The notes: generated from the sequence alone by a model not told the origin. A DNA stretch of 64,000 nt from Bryobacterales bacterium (GCA_003136575.1 PLEX01000119.1:4515-68514), one strand, 5' to 3'; counted from the stretch's first letter, positions 29,344-39,555 are shown. Numbers and translations are program-made.

Positions 29344-30960
29344 ATGCTGAACCGAAGAAAATTCGGGCGAATGATCGGCGCGGCAGCGGCCGCTGGGGTA
29401 GCCGCCTCTTCCCCCGCGCCCGGCGCGCCTGCGAAGAAGCCGAATTTCCTGCTTCTGCTCGCCGACGACATGGGCTTTTCCGACGCCGGTTGCTACGGCG
29501 GGGAGATCGAGACGCCGAATCTCGACCGGCTCGCTTCGCAGGGACTTCGGTTCACTCAGATGTATTCGACGGCCCGCTGCGGGCCGTCGCGCAACTGCCT
29601 CATGACTGGCTACTACGCGCAACAGACGGCCGTCGATATCATGACTCCGGGCAACGTGCCCGATTTCGTGCAGTTCGCGCCGGAAGTCCTGAAGCCGCTC
29701 GGCTACCGCAGTTACCATTCGGGCAAGTGGCATCTGCGTTTCGTCACCGGCGAGGGCGGCGTGGGCTTCGACCACTCCTACACGCTGATGGACGAAGACC
29801 GGTACTTCACGCCCAAGTCACTGCTGCTCGACGGCGAGAAGCTGCCACAACCGAAGATCGAAGACCATTACTACACCACGTCGGCGATCGCCGACCGCGC
29901 CGTTGGTTTCCTGAAAGAGCATGCGCGCGACCATGCGGCTGATCCGTTCCTCATGTATTTCGCGCCGCATTCGCCGCATTTCCCGCTACAGGCTCCCGCC
30001 GAGGATATCGAGAAGTACAAAGACAAGTTCGCCGAGGGCTGGGATACGGCGCGCGAGGTCAAGCTGGCGCGCATGAAGCGAATGGGTCTGGTCAACTGCG
30101 AACTCGCGCCGCTCGAGCCGAATATGTGGACGCCGTGGAATACTCCGGATGCGGAGCTGCTCGCGAAAATCGGCCCCGGCGAGGTGACGCGCGCGGTGCA
30201 CTGGTCGACGCTCAATCCCGACCAGAAGGCGTTGCAGCGGACCAAGATGGCGATTCATGCGGCGATGATCACGCGCATGGATACCGAAATCGGAAAGCTG
30301 CTCGATCAATTGAAGGCGATGGATGCGGAACGCGACACGGTGGTGATTTTCCTCTCCGACAACGGGGCGAGTTCCGAGCAGCTGATCCGCGGGGATGGCC
30401 ACGACAGCAGTTCGCCGCTCGGCTCGGCGAGTTCGTTCCTCGGCCTCGGTCCGGGTTGGGCCAGCAATTCAAACGCGCCCTTCCGCCTGCATAAATCGTG
30501 GGTGAATGAGGGCGGGATTGCATCGCCGATGATCGTGCGCTGGCCTGCCGGCATTCGGGAGCAGAACAAGCTGCGCCACGATCCGTGCCACTTCGTCGAC
30601 ATTCTGCCGACGTTCCTGGATCTGGCCGGAGGAAACGCGGCGAAGGGAATCGCCGGCCGAAGTCTCGCGCCCGCGTTCCAAAAAGACGGTGCCGCACCGC
30701 ACGACTTCATTTACTTCAACCACAACGACAATCGCGCTCTTCGCGTCGGAGACCAGAAGGTGATCGCAACCGGCAAGACCGGCGATTGGGAACTTTACGA
30801 CATGGCGAAAGACCGCAGCGAGCAGCACAATCTGGCCGGCGCGAAGGCCGAGACAATGAAGACGATGGCGGCCAAATGGAAGCAGATCGACGAAGGTTTC
30901 GTGCGGCAGCGGGAGAGCGCAAAGCCGACGACTAAGCGCCGTATGCCGGTGGCGGGCTGA
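29344..30960 (+). CDS. Cys-type arylsulfatase with a Tat-like signal
   Basis: MLNRRKFGRMIGAAAAAGVAASSPA; LLLADDMGFSDAGCYGG; FGly target motif ARCGPSRNCLMTG (C-x-P-S-R). Confidence 0.9.
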   Translation: MLNRRKFGRMIGAAAAAGVAASSPAPGAPAKKPNFLLLLADDMGFSDAGCYGGEIETPNLDRLASQGLRFTQMYSTARCGPSRNCLMTGYYAQQTAVDIMTPGNVPDFVQFAPEVLKPLGYRSYHSGKWHLRFVTGEGGVGFDHSYTLMDEDRYFTPKSLLLDGEKLPQPKIEDHYYTTSAIADRAVGFLKEHARDHAADPFLMYFAPHSPHFPLQAPAEDIEKYKDKFAEGWDTAREVKLARMKRMGLVNCELAPLEPNMWTPWNTPDAELLAKIGPGEVTRAVHWSTLNPDQKALQRTKMAIHAAMITRMDTEIGKLLDQLKAMDAERDTVVIFLSDNGASSEQLIRGDGHDSSSPLGSASSFLGLGPGWASNSNAPFRLHKSWVNEGGIASPMIVRWPAGIREQNKLRHDPCHFVDILPTFLDLAGGNAAKGIAGRSLAPAFQKDGAAPHDFIYFNHNDNRALRVGDQKVIATGKTGDWELYDMAKDRSEQHNLAGAKAETMKTMAAKWKQIDEGFVRQRESAKPTTKRRMPVAG

Positions 30961-30963
30961 GAA

Positions 30964-31818
30964 ATGGCCGGTGCACCTGTCGTCGTGAACGGCGAGCCGA
31001 TTGAGGAAGGGGAGATTCGCGCGGAGGTCTCCGGGCTGCGGAAGGAACTGGAAAGCCGCGCCTGCGAATTGAGTTTTGAGCAACGGCTTCAGTTGCGCGA
31101 TCGGGCCATTTCGCTGTTGGTCGAACGGAGGCTGATCTTCCAGGAATGCCGGCGTTTGGGGATTTCGCCGACGCCGCAAGTTATCGAAGAAGCGGCGGCC
31201 GCATTGGTGCCCCGGGTTGACGGCGTCTCCGGATGCCGCGCCGGAACCGACCTCACCGAAGTGAGGCGCGAAGCCGAGCGGCGGCTGACGTTCGCAGCCA
31301 TGCTGGCTCGCTGGTGCCGCAACATAGCGCCTCCGAAATCCACGGAGGTGCGCGACTACTATCGCAGCCACCAGGATCAGTTCTGGCGGCCGGAAACCAT
31401 TCACGCCTCGCATCTCGTGCGCAATAAGGAAGGCCGCAGCATCGACGAAATTCGCCCGGAAATAGAGGCCGCGCGGCAGCGTCTGATCGAGGGTGAAGAC
31501 TTCGCCAAGCTGGCTGCGGCTTGTTCGGATTGCCCCGAAAACGGCGGCGACCTTGGTTTCTTCGCGCGCGGGGTGATGGTGGAGGAGTTCGACGCCATCG
31601 TCTTCAGCGCTCCCCTGCGCGAGGTAACGCCGGTCTTTGAAACCCGGTTCGGCGTGCACATCGCGATGGTTCACGAGCGCCGAACGGAAGGAATTATGGA
31701 ACTCACCGAGGTGGGCGGCAACATCGCGGAAGCGCTGCATCGGGTGAAGCAGGATCGGGAGGTGGGTCGGCAACTCGAAGCACTTCGGCGGAAGGCCGTG
31801 ATCCAGGTGGCGGCATGA
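30964..31818 (+). CDS. parvulin-type peptidyl-prolyl isomerase with an N-terminal chaperone-like domain and no signal peptide
   Basis: 284-aa ORF. PpiC signature DCPENGGDLGFFARGVMVEEFDAIVF...RFGVHIAMV. The N-terminus MAGAPVVVNGEPIEEGE lacks a hydrophobic leader. Its stop overlaps the next start (ATGA). Confidence 0.8.
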   Translation: MAGAPVVVNGEPIEEGEIRAEVSGLRKELESRACELSFEQRLQLRDRAISLLVERRLIFQECRRLGISPTPQVIEEAAAALVPRVDGVSGCRAGTDLTEVRREAERRLTFAAMLARWCRNIAPPKSTEVRDYYRSHQDQFWRPETIHASHLVRNKEGRSIDEIRPEIEAARQRLIEGEDFAKLAAACSDCPENGGDLGFFARGVMVEEFDAIVFSAPLREVTPVFETRFGVHIAMVHERRTEGIMELTEVGGNIAEALHRVKQDREVGRQLEALRRKAVIQVAA

Positions 31819-32783
31819 GTTCCAACCCGCTGCAATTGCTTCCCTGTTGTGCGCCGACCAAAGCCCGAGCGCAGATTCTTGAGAGCTCCCGCGCAGGATC
31901 GGCTGAACGCGTCCGGGCGACAAGCGGATCGACCGAGGGGATGATCCGGCTCGACGGCGGACGATTCGTGATGGGCGCCGAGGATTCCGACTCGATCCAG
32001 GCGGATGGCGAAGGCCCGATCCGGCCGGTCGTCGTCGATCCTTTTTATCTCGACCAATATGCGGTGACGAACGAACAATTTGCGGAGTTTATCCGGGCCA
32101 CAGGGTACAAGACGGAAGCGGAAGTTTTTGGCTGGTCGTTTGTATTTATCGGCCACCTGCGAGAGAAAGGGACGGAGTTGCTGCACCCGGAAGGTCTTCG
32201 CTGGTGGCGCAAGGTGGATGGCGCGGACTGGAACCATCCCGAGGGGCCGGATTCTTCGGTGAAGGGCCGCGAGCATTATCCCGTAGTGCAGGTTTCATGG
32301 AACGATGCGGCGGCCTGCGCGGCATGGGCGCGCAAGCGTCTGCCGACCGAAGCCGAATGGGAATTTGCGGCGCGCGGCGGACTCGAAGAGAAGCGGTTCC
32401 CCTGGGGCAACGAGTTGACGCCGGGCGGCGTTCATTTGTGCAATATCTGGCAGGGCGAGTTCCCGGACAACGACACGGCCGAGGACGGCTATTCCGCCCC
32501 CGCGCCGGTGAACACGTATCCGCCCAACGGCTATGGCGTTTATACGATCACGGGCAATACATGGGAATGGTGTTCGGACTGGTTCTCGCCTGAATACCAC
32601 CTGTATGCGACGCGCGTGAATCCGGTGGGACCGGATCGCGGCAACACGCGCGCGATGCGGGGTGGGTCGTACCTTTGCCACGCGTCGTATTGCAATCGAT
32701 ACCGAGTAGCGGCGCGCACGTCGAATACGCCCGATTCCGCGACTACGAATCTTGGTTTTCGGCTGGCGCGGGATGTGGAGTAG
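31815..32783 (+). CDS. formylglycine-generating enzyme (FGE/SUMF1 family)
   Basis: Motifs RPVVVDPFYLDQYAVTNEQF, YPVVQVSWNDAAACAAW, TEAEWEFAARGG, GNTWEWCSDW, RGGSYLCHASYCNRYRVAAR and NLGFRLA. Confidence 0.9.
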   Translation: MSSNPLQLLPCCAPTKARAQILESSRAGSAERVRATSGSTEGMIRLDGGRFVMGAEDSDSIQADGEGPIRPVVVDPFYLDQYAVTNEQFAEFIRATGYKTEAEVFGWSFVFIGHLREKGTELLHPEGLRWWRKVDGADWNHPEGPDSSVKGREHYPVVQVSWNDAAACAAWARKRLPTEAEWEFAARGGLEEKRFPWGNELTPGGVHLCNIWQGEFPDNDTAEDGYSAPAPVNTYPPNGYGVYTITGNTWEWCSDWFSPEYHLYATRVNPVGPDRGNTRAMRGGSYLCHASYCNRYRVAARTSNTPDSATTNLGFRLARDVE

Positions 32784-32936
32784 GGCGGATTCTTAGTCGG
32801 CGGCCAGGCTCCGACCGCTTGGCAGGCGGCGCGCCATGCGCCGCGCGGATTTACAAAACGAACTCAGGATGGTCGCGGGCGGGGTCGTAGCGGACGGCCT
32901 GCAAGAGCTACCGCCAGGGCAAGCGGCGGTTCGGGG

Positions 32937-33551
32937 TTAATTCGTTCGCGGTGAGCGCGGTTGTGTTGAATCAGCGAGGCTTTCGCGTCCTTCGTCGGAC
33001 CACCCCATCTCCGGCCGCTCCGACACTTCCATTGGCTGCTGCATAATGATGTCGAGCGCGGCGACGAAGCCGTAAATCACGGTAAAGAAGTCGATCGTCA
33101 ACGCCGTGATGTAGGCGGCGGCGCTGTACCGGAAGCCCGCCAGAATGCAGCCAAGCATCGCCAGTGTTACAGCGGAACCACACACAACGAAAACCGCGAA
33201 TATTGCCGGCGGTGGTCCATGGCCGACCACCTTGCGACGACGGCGCGGATAGGTGACCTGAAGGGACAGCATCGGTAGTCCGAAAAGCACACCCGAGCCT
33301 CGCCAAATCCAATCCTCCCGAATGTCGTACAGCGCGAACAGCGACGGCATCAGCGCTCCCGCCGTCAAGACGAAAATGTACGTCATGACCGTTCTGGCAA
33401 TGTATCTGTCAAGCCGTGACAACGTAGCTCCAGCGGCCTGCCGGACGCCGAACAGGAGCGCCGAGAACCCCGCGAAGGTGATCATCAGGCCAGCCAATGT
33501 GAACAAAAAGGTCGCGCCTTTGACTTCCATGTCTTGCTCCACCTTGTGCAT
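32937..33551 (-). CDS. hypothetical integral membrane protein (about 6 TM)
   Basis: 204-aa ORF with consecutive hydrophobic segments. No family recognised. Confidence 0.55.
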   Translation of the reverse strand: MHKVEQDMEVKGATFLFTLAGLMITFAGFSALLFGVRQAAGATLSRLDRYIARTVMTYIFVLTAGALMPSLFALYDIREDWIWRGSGVLFGLPMLSLQVTYPRRRRKVVGHGPPPAIFAVFVVCGSAVTLAMLGCILAGFRYSAAAYITALTIDFFTVIYGFVAALDIIMQQPMEVSERPEMGWSDEGRESLADSTQPRSPRTN

Positions 33552-33795
33552 CGTCAGACGATGTCGGACAGATGTCCAATTGGTTGCGAAGGGAGATAGC
33601 CGACTTATTCATGTTACTCACTATTGCCACAGCTTTCGGGTTTTTCCCCGGGACCACCCCGGTGCTGCAGGCATCGCGGCGATAGCTTGGAGGTGCCACA
33701 TAACGCCGGGTCGTGCGCCTTGATGCTCAGGAGCGCGGTTGCGGGTTCCGTCGGGCGAGGCCGGTCTCCCGTTTTGTATCGTCTGCTTACGCCGA

Positions 33796-34562
33796 TCAAC
33801 TCGGCCAACAAGCGCCGAGGGCTTCCGTCAAGTCATTGATGTGGCGGGATTCCGTGGATTTTGCAAGATAGCTGTTGGCGTCGTTTTCATCGGCGGACGC
33901 AATATCCCGTTCCGCGTCCGACGTGGTAAGCATAATCGCCGGAATAGTGCGCAGTTCGGGAGCTTCCTTAATGGTGCGCAACACCTCGATTCCATCGATC
34001 GCGGGCAGCCGCAGATCGAGGAGAATCATGTGGGGCCGCGGGCTCAGAGCCGGCGCAGGTCCCCCTGAGGAACACATAATCCAGCGCCGCCTCGCCGTCG
34101 GAAACGCGGTGAATCCGGATTTCGAAGCTGCTGTTCGCGATTCCCCGCGCGGTAATCTCCGGTGGTCGTCATCGTCTTCAACCATCAGAATCTGCAATAC
34201 TTCCCCCGGTATCACATTTTCTCCGCACCGGGCTCTTTTTCGGGCCGCTTGTTGTCCGCTCCTTTCAGGGGTGAACCAGAACGTCGAACCCGTTTTCGGC
34301 GACTCCACCCGGATCCGCCCTCCATGCAACTCGATAATGCTTTTGACGATAGCCGACCCCGCGCCGCTGCCCTCCGCCTTTGGGTTGAGCTTATCGAAGA
34401 CGCCGAACCGTGAGTGTCAGCAATAGGGACCTCGGCAATGAAAGGCATGACGCTGATTTTCAGGGAGCGCGGGCATTAACTGGCTGCGGCGGGGAGTGAT
34501 GCGAGGATTTGAGTTGGAACAGGCGCAACGGCCCGAATAACCACCAGGCACATTGCACGTGC
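33796..34562 (-). pseudogene. relic of a hybrid histidine kinase (HATPase_c tail + receiver domain)
   Basis: N-box-like PTQILASLPAAAS followed by an in-frame TAA. Then ISVMPFIAEVPIADT, a frameshift, and RFGVFDKLNPKAEGSGAGSAIVKSIIELHGGRIRVESPKTGSTFWF. In the receiver, ILMVEDDDDH and PHMILLDLRLPAIDGIEVL share one frame, while the intervening ITARGIANSSFEIRIHRVSDGEAALDYVFLRG is in another. There is no DHp or sensor region upstream. Confidence 0.65.
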
Positions 34563-34774
34563 GGATGGTTGACCGCCAGAGGCCACACCAGGTTTTCATT
34601 TTACCGGGAATTCGACGACGCGTTTACGCTCGTGTCCTTCCTTCCCTTCCTTCCCCGGACCACCCGGTGCGCGGGTGGCCCGCCTGGAAATGGCGGAAGA
34701 CTCCTTTCCGAAGTGCTTGCATTTGGCTCGGCGCCCATCCGGACATCGCGGCACCTGAGGGCCTTCTTCCACCG

Positions 34775-35983
34775 ATGGGTCGGGACTCCCGCAGTCCCCT
34801 CCCCGCTACAGTGGTAATAGTGGCTTCACCGAGGGAATTCAGTCCACGTTTCTGGTCATTAATCGCGGCGACATTTCTGGGATTTGTGGGAATGGGGACC
34901 GTCCTGCCCGCGCTGGCTCCGCATGTCCGTTTCACGCTTGGCGGTTCAGACCGCACCATCGGGTTCGTCATCGGCATTTTTTCCGTGGTGGCATTGTGCG
35001 GACGGTTGATCTCCGGACCGCTTGCCGACGGCAAAGGGCGCAAAGTCGCCTTCCTTTCGGGACTCGGCTGTTGCACCCTGGCCGGGGCGGTTTACCTGCT
35101 GCCTCTGGGGTTGACCGGGATCTGGATCGGGCGCTGTCTGCAGGGGCTCGGCGAGGCGTTCCTTTACACAGGCGCAGCCGCTTGGGCAGTGGAACTGGTC
35201 GGAACGCACCGGAGTGCCCAGGCATTGGGCTACCTGAGCAGCGGAATCTGGGGCGGAATCGCGGCGGGGCCAGTGGTGGGAAGCTGGCTGGGGACGTTTG
35301 GGCGCGCGGCGTTCTTCCAGATGCTCGCCGGCGGCATCGGATTTCTGCTGCTGACCCGGATACCCGAACATTTCACGCCGCACGAAGACGCGGGAACTCT
35401 GCGCTGGCCGTCGAAGTCATTGCTGCTGCCGGGCTTCGCGGTCGGGTTTGTGAACGTTCATTATCCGGTAATCGTGGGCTTTCTGGTGCTGCATCTGGCG
35501 CGCTACGGCAACTCGGGCAGGATGGCTTTTACGGCGTATGCGGGCGCGATGCTGTGTTCGCGATTCTTTTTGGGCGGGCTGCCGGATCGCGTTCCTCCGC
35601 GCGTCACCTTTTACTTCGGGTTGACGGCGATGGCCGTGGGCCTGCTGGTCCTGGCCTCGGGGCCGCGCCCCATGGTCGCCATCCCCGCCGCAGCCGGGCT
35701 CGGCCTGGGGTTCTCATTCCCGTTTTCGTCGATCGCGTCGGTAGTGATGCGGCGCGCGCCCAATCACGAGCGCGGATCCGCGGTAAGCATTCTCAGTGCG
35801 TTTTACGATCTCTTTGTTGGATCCGGTGCGTTCGCTGCGGGAGCGGTAGCCACGAAGTTCGGCTATTCCGCGACGTTCCTGATGGCGGCAGCGGCGCTGT
35901 TGGCTTCGGCGATAGCCGGCTGGTACGTGCTGCCCCCAGCGCACGAAGAGGCACCCTTAATTCAGGAGAGCAGCGCGGCATAG
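34775..35983 (+). CDS. MFS transporter
   Basis: Start at ATG 34775. The upstream part of ORF 34553..35983 is antisense to the kinase relic. About 12 hydrophobic segments and an MFS loop-like motif GPLADGKGRKV. Confidence 0.8.
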   Translation: MGRDSRSPLPATVVIVASPREFSPRFWSLIAATFLGFVGMGTVLPALAPHVRFTLGGSDRTIGFVIGIFSVVALCGRLISGPLADGKGRKVAFLSGLGCCTLAGAVYLLPLGLTGIWIGRCLQGLGEAFLYTGAAAWAVELVGTHRSAQALGYLSSGIWGGIAAGPVVGSWLGTFGRAAFFQMLAGGIGFLLLTRIPEHFTPHEDAGTLRWPSKSLLLPGFAVGFVNVHYPVIVGFLVLHLARYGNSGRMAFTAYAGAMLCSRFFLGGLPDRVPPRVTFYFGLTAMAVGLLVLASGPRPMVAIPAAAGLGLGFSFPFSSIASVVMRRAPNHERGSAVSILSAFYDLFVGSGAFAAGAVATKFGYSATFLMAAAALLASAIAGWYVLPPAHEEAPLIQESSAA

Positions 35984-37098
35984 ACGCGCTGAAAATAGCC
36001 GTCCGTCATGCCTGCGATGTAATCGCAGACGGCGCGGTGGAGCGGCTTCGCTTCCGGCTGGTCCGGCGAGTCCTCGGGCTGCGGCGGATCGCGGAAATCA
36101 GGCAGTCGCTCGGGGTGCGCCATCAGGTAACCGAATAACCGGGCCAGACGCTCCATCGATTGCCTCCGATCCTCGGCAAGCGCGTCGGACGAATACACGT
36201 GCGCGTGCAGAAAACGCTTCAGATCCCGGCTGGTCGCGGCGGCTTCGGACGCAAAACGTACGATGCGGGAAGGAAGGCGGCGAACCGCCTCAACATTGGC
36301 GGGATCGAAATCGCGCGCACACCCCACGGTGCCTTCGATCAGGCCGGAAACCAGGCCATCGATCAGGTACCGAACCGATTCCTGAAAGCGCTCCCGCGCG
36401 GTCGCGCCGGGGAAACTGGTTTCGACCGTTTCCAGAATCTCGGCGTACACGGGAACTGCCGCGGCGATCTGTTCGGGTTGAAGTAGTCCGGCTTCGTACG
36501 CGTCGTCCAGATCGGCGGCGTTGTAGGCTACTTCGTCGGCAAGATCGATCAGTTGCGCTTCGAGCGGCGGGCGCATTTCGGGCAGATACCGGTCGAGCGC
36601 CGGATTCTCTCCGGGCGTGAGGTCGCGGGAGTGTTTGACGATGCCTTCCCGGACTTCAAACGTCAGGTTCAGCCCGGGAAACCTGGGGTATCGGCGCTCC
36701 AGAGAATCGACGAGACGCAGCGACTGCACGTTATGATTGAAGCCCTCGCCGAAGCGCTGCATTTCGCGATCAAGCGCTTCTTCGCCCGCGTGCGCGAACG
36801 GCGGATGCCCTACGTCATGCGCCAGTGCGAGAGCTTCGGTGAGGTCTTCGTTCAGGCCGAGGACGTTAGCGACGGTGCGGGCGATCTGCGCGACTTCAAT
36901 GGTGTGCGTCAGGCGGTTGCGGAAATGGTCGGAGAGGCCGGGGGCGAATACCTGGGTCTTGTTTTCGAGGCGCCGGAAGGCTCGTGAGTGAATGATGCGG
37001 TCGCGGTCGCGCTGGAAGGCATTGCGATAGGCGTGTTCGGCCTCGGGATAGCGGCGACCGCGGGACTGTTCGGTCTGAAAGCGCAGATGGCTGAGCAT
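35962..37098 (-). CDS. dgt: dGTP triphosphohydrolase-like HD-domain protein
   Basis: Motifs FQRDRDRIIHSRAFRRLENKTQVF, RLTHTIEVAQIAR and LAHDVGHPPFAHAGE. Its 3' end overlaps the convergent MFS gene by 22 nt. Confidence 0.85.
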   Translation of the reverse strand: MLSHLRFQTEQSRGRRYPEAEHAYRNAFQRDRDRIIHSRAFRRLENKTQVFAPGLSDHFRNRLTHTIEVAQIARTVANVLGLNEDLTEALALAHDVGHPPFAHAGEEALDREMQRFGEGFNHNVQSLRLVDSLERRYPRFPGLNLTFEVREGIVKHSRDLTPGENPALDRYLPEMRPPLEAQLIDLADEVAYNAADLDDAYEAGLLQPEQIAAAVPVYAEILETVETSFPGATARERFQESVRYLIDGLVSGLIEGTVGCARDFDPANVEAVRRLPSRIVRFASEAAATSRDLKRFLHAHVYSSDALAEDRRQSMERLARLFGYLMAHPERLPDFRDPPQPEDSPDQPEAKPLHRAVCDYIAGMTDGYFQRVYAALLS

Positions 37099-37135
37099 TG
37101 GTCTCGCACACGGCAGCCCGGCCCGACGGAATCGC

Positions 37136-37882
37136 TTATTTCGGCTGCGGAAGTTCGCCCATCGCGGTCACAGCGGCCTGACTGATTTCATTGGCCTGAC
37201 CAGCGATCGGTACGAGGAGTTTGCGCGCCTCTTCGGGCTGTGTGGATGCGATTCCCTTAGCGAGTACGATCGACGCCTGCTCTTTCGAAACCATGGCGGT
37301 CGGGTGGGCGATCAGATCCTTCAGCACCGTCTGTGCTTCGGGTATGTTGCCAAGGGCGAAAAGCACCTGCGCCTTGGCGAGTTTTGCGAGAGAAGCGTAG
37401 TCGGCTCCCGCGGCGGATGCCACATGGTCGTACTTTTTGAGCGCGTCGGCGAGCTTGTTGTTGGTCACATCCACGCCAGCCAGATAGTATTCGGCCGCAT
37501 AGGCTTCTTCCGAGCCGCCGTCCTGGGTAATGATCGCGGTGAAGGCCTTGTGGATTGAGTCCGCCTTGGCCGCTTCGCTGGGGAAGGCCTGGCTCCCATT
37601 CGGGGATGGGGCTCCGACCGTGGCGCCTTCCATGGTCAGGGCATTGGCGAGAGCCAGTTCGCGCGCGTCACGGCGTGACGTGATGAAAAACCACGAACCG
37701 AGACCGACTACCAGAACAGCCAAAACCGCGATTCCGACCCGTATCGCCTGCTTGCGGTGTGTGACGAGAAAATGCGCCGTTTCTTCGACTTTAAGCGCAA
37801 CATTATCCTGCTTTAACTCTTTACGGGTCAGATGATCGGACACGGATACCTCGGGATGGAAACTACTACACGATATTAACAT
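37136..37882 (-). CDS. membrane-anchored TPR/YfgM-like protein
   Basis: Single TM segment (IRVGIAVLAVLVVGLGSWFFI) followed by a helical TPR-like domain. Start is uncertain (ATG 37882 or GTG 37843). Confidence 0.55.
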   Translation of the reverse strand: MLISCSSFHPEVSVSDHLTRKELKQDNVALKVEETAHFLVTHRKQAIRVGIAVLAVLVVGLGSWFFITSRRDARELALANALTMEGATVGAPSPNGSQAFPSEAAKADSIHKAFTAIITQDGGSEEAYAAEYYLAGVDVTNNKLADALKKYDHVASAAGADYASLAKLAKAQVLFALGNIPEAQTVLKDLIAHPTAMVSKEQASIVLAKGIASTQPEEARKLLVPIAGQANEISQAAVTAMGELPQPK

Positions 37883-38171
37883 GGGGTTGCGGGAGGGTTG
37901 GTTGGGCGGCCGCGGGTCCTGACGATGTCGACAGCCGACTGCATCCGCACGAGCGTTCCCATCTTCACGCTGAACGCCTTCTCGATGCGCAGCGCTATCT
38001 CCCGGACAATTCGGCCTTGCCATTCAAAAAGCAGGACAGAGCGGGGCGCGAGACGTCAAGCGAGGCGGCGCGGCTGTGACGGACAGCCCCCGTATTTCAA
38101 TGATTTCCGTTCGGATAAAAGAGCCGGGGAGCCGGGGGGTTATTCTTGGGCATGGTTTGGTGCTCCCTTGG

Positions 38172-38198
38172 GCTAGCTATAGCTATAGCTAAGCTAGG
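38172..38198. repeat. AGCT-based microrepeat / near-palindrome (gctagctatagctatagctaagctagg)
   Basis: Read directly from the sequence. Four AGCT cores separated by AT/A spacers, in an intergenic position. Confidence 0.6.
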
Positions 38199-38303
38199 CC
38201 TCAAATCCCGAATTTTCAACGGTTGCGACGCGCAGCGCACGCGATTTCGGATTGTGAGGTATCGAAACTACAGAATCCCTGGCGCGAACGGGCCGGCTTC
38301 GCT

Positions 38304-39539
38304 TTAACCCGCTCCGTTCGTCAGCGCGTTGTGTCTTGCAATTTCGCCCAGATAATGCGCACTCGGCTTCACGGTTCTCACCTGTGTCGCACGATCGACC
38401 GCAACCAGCCCGAACTTCGGCCGATATCCCATAATCCACTCGAAATTGTCCAGCAGCGACCAATGAATGTAGCCGCGGACATCGATCCCGTCGTTAATGC
38501 AATTCATCATGCCGTCCAGCGCGCGGCGGATGTATTCGATCCGGCGTTCGTCGTCGTCCGTCGCCACGCCGTTCTCTGTGACGTAGATCGGAACCTTTAC
38601 GCGTGCGTGGGCGTATCGAAGGCAGGCCTCGAGCGCTTCCGGCCAGAATTCGTATCCCATTTGCGTGGTCTCGGCACCGGGTTCCGGAGTCAGATCGCTC
38701 CTCTTCCCGACTCTGCAACGAGTGTACGCCTGGACACCGAGGAAATCGCTCTTATCCGCTGCCGCCAGCCATGGGTCGTAAACCTCGGCGCACTTTTTAT
38801 CGCGCTTGCTGTCATGTCCTGCAGGCTGTTCGTCCTGCATGGAAATATTGACGCCAACGGGATACTTCCCGGGTCCCGATTTCACGATTTCAAACGCCTT
38901 GTGGTGCGCCGCGATCATCCGGTCGCGTAACTTATCGCCATCGCCGAGGAAGAAACACCCGAAGCGGTCGGCGCCGATAGCCCGCGCCGCCACTTTCGCC
39001 ATCCGCTTTACCTTAACGATCGGGATCTCCGAGATTGGCAGCCAGCGCAGTTGCATCGGAAGATTCGGCTCGTTGAAGGTGGCCGCGATTTGAATCAGGT
39101 CGCCCAGGTGCCTCGAGACACGGCCGCAATAGCGCACGAATAAGTCGCTGGATTCGGGCTTCTCCCACCCGCCCATCGCGGCGAACCAGCGCGGGGAACT
39201 GAAGTGATAGAGGGTGACCATCGGAGTGACCCCGTTTTCATGGCAGGCGGCCAGGACGCGCCGGTAGTGCTCCATGGCGGCGATGGAAAAATGGCCGCGC
39301 TCGGGTTCGATGCGCGCCCATTCGATGGAAAAACGGTAGGTGTTGAAACCGAGCTGCGCCAGCAGTTTTATGTCTTCGGGGAAAAGCCGAAGGTGGTCGC
39401 AGGCATCAAGCGACGGTTCGGCGAACAGCGTGGGTTCGATGTGCTCGAGCACCCACAGGTCGCTGTTGATGTTGTTCCCTTCCACCTGGTGCGCGGCCGT
39501 CGCGGCGCCCCAAAGGAACCCGTTTGGAAACCGAGCCAC
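38304..39539 (-). CDS. GH1 beta-glucosidase
   Basis: N-terminal FLWGAATAAHQVEG, acid/base ATFNEPNL, nucleophile YVTENG, and C-terminal HWSLLDNFEW. Confidence 0.9.
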   Translation of the reverse strand: MARFPNGFLWGAATAAHQVEGNNINSDLWVLEHIEPTLFAEPSLDACDHLRLFPEDIKLLAQLGFNTYRFSIEWARIEPERGHFSIAAMEHYRRVLAACHENGVTPMVTLYHFSSPRWFAAMGGWEKPESSDLFVRYCGRVSRHLGDLIQIAATFNEPNLPMQLRWLPISEIPIVKVKRMAKVAARAIGADRFGCFFLGDGDKLRDRMIAAHHKAFEIVKSGPGKYPVGVNISMQDEQPAGHDSKRDKKCAEVYDPWLAAADKSDFLGVQAYTRCRVGKRSDLTPEPGAETTQMGYEFWPEALEACLRYAHARVKVPIYVTENGVATDDDERRIEYIRRALDGMMNCINDGIDVRGYIHWSLLDNFEWIMGYRPKFGLVAVDRATQVRTVKPSAHYLGEIARHNALTNGAG

Positions 39540-39555
39540 TAAGCGACATTCTCCT

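Noticed and set aside
31815-31880. The PCCAP motif in the FGE N-terminus as a functional Cys pair.
   Set aside because: It lies outside the conserved catalytic domain, and I cannot verify conservation without an alignment.
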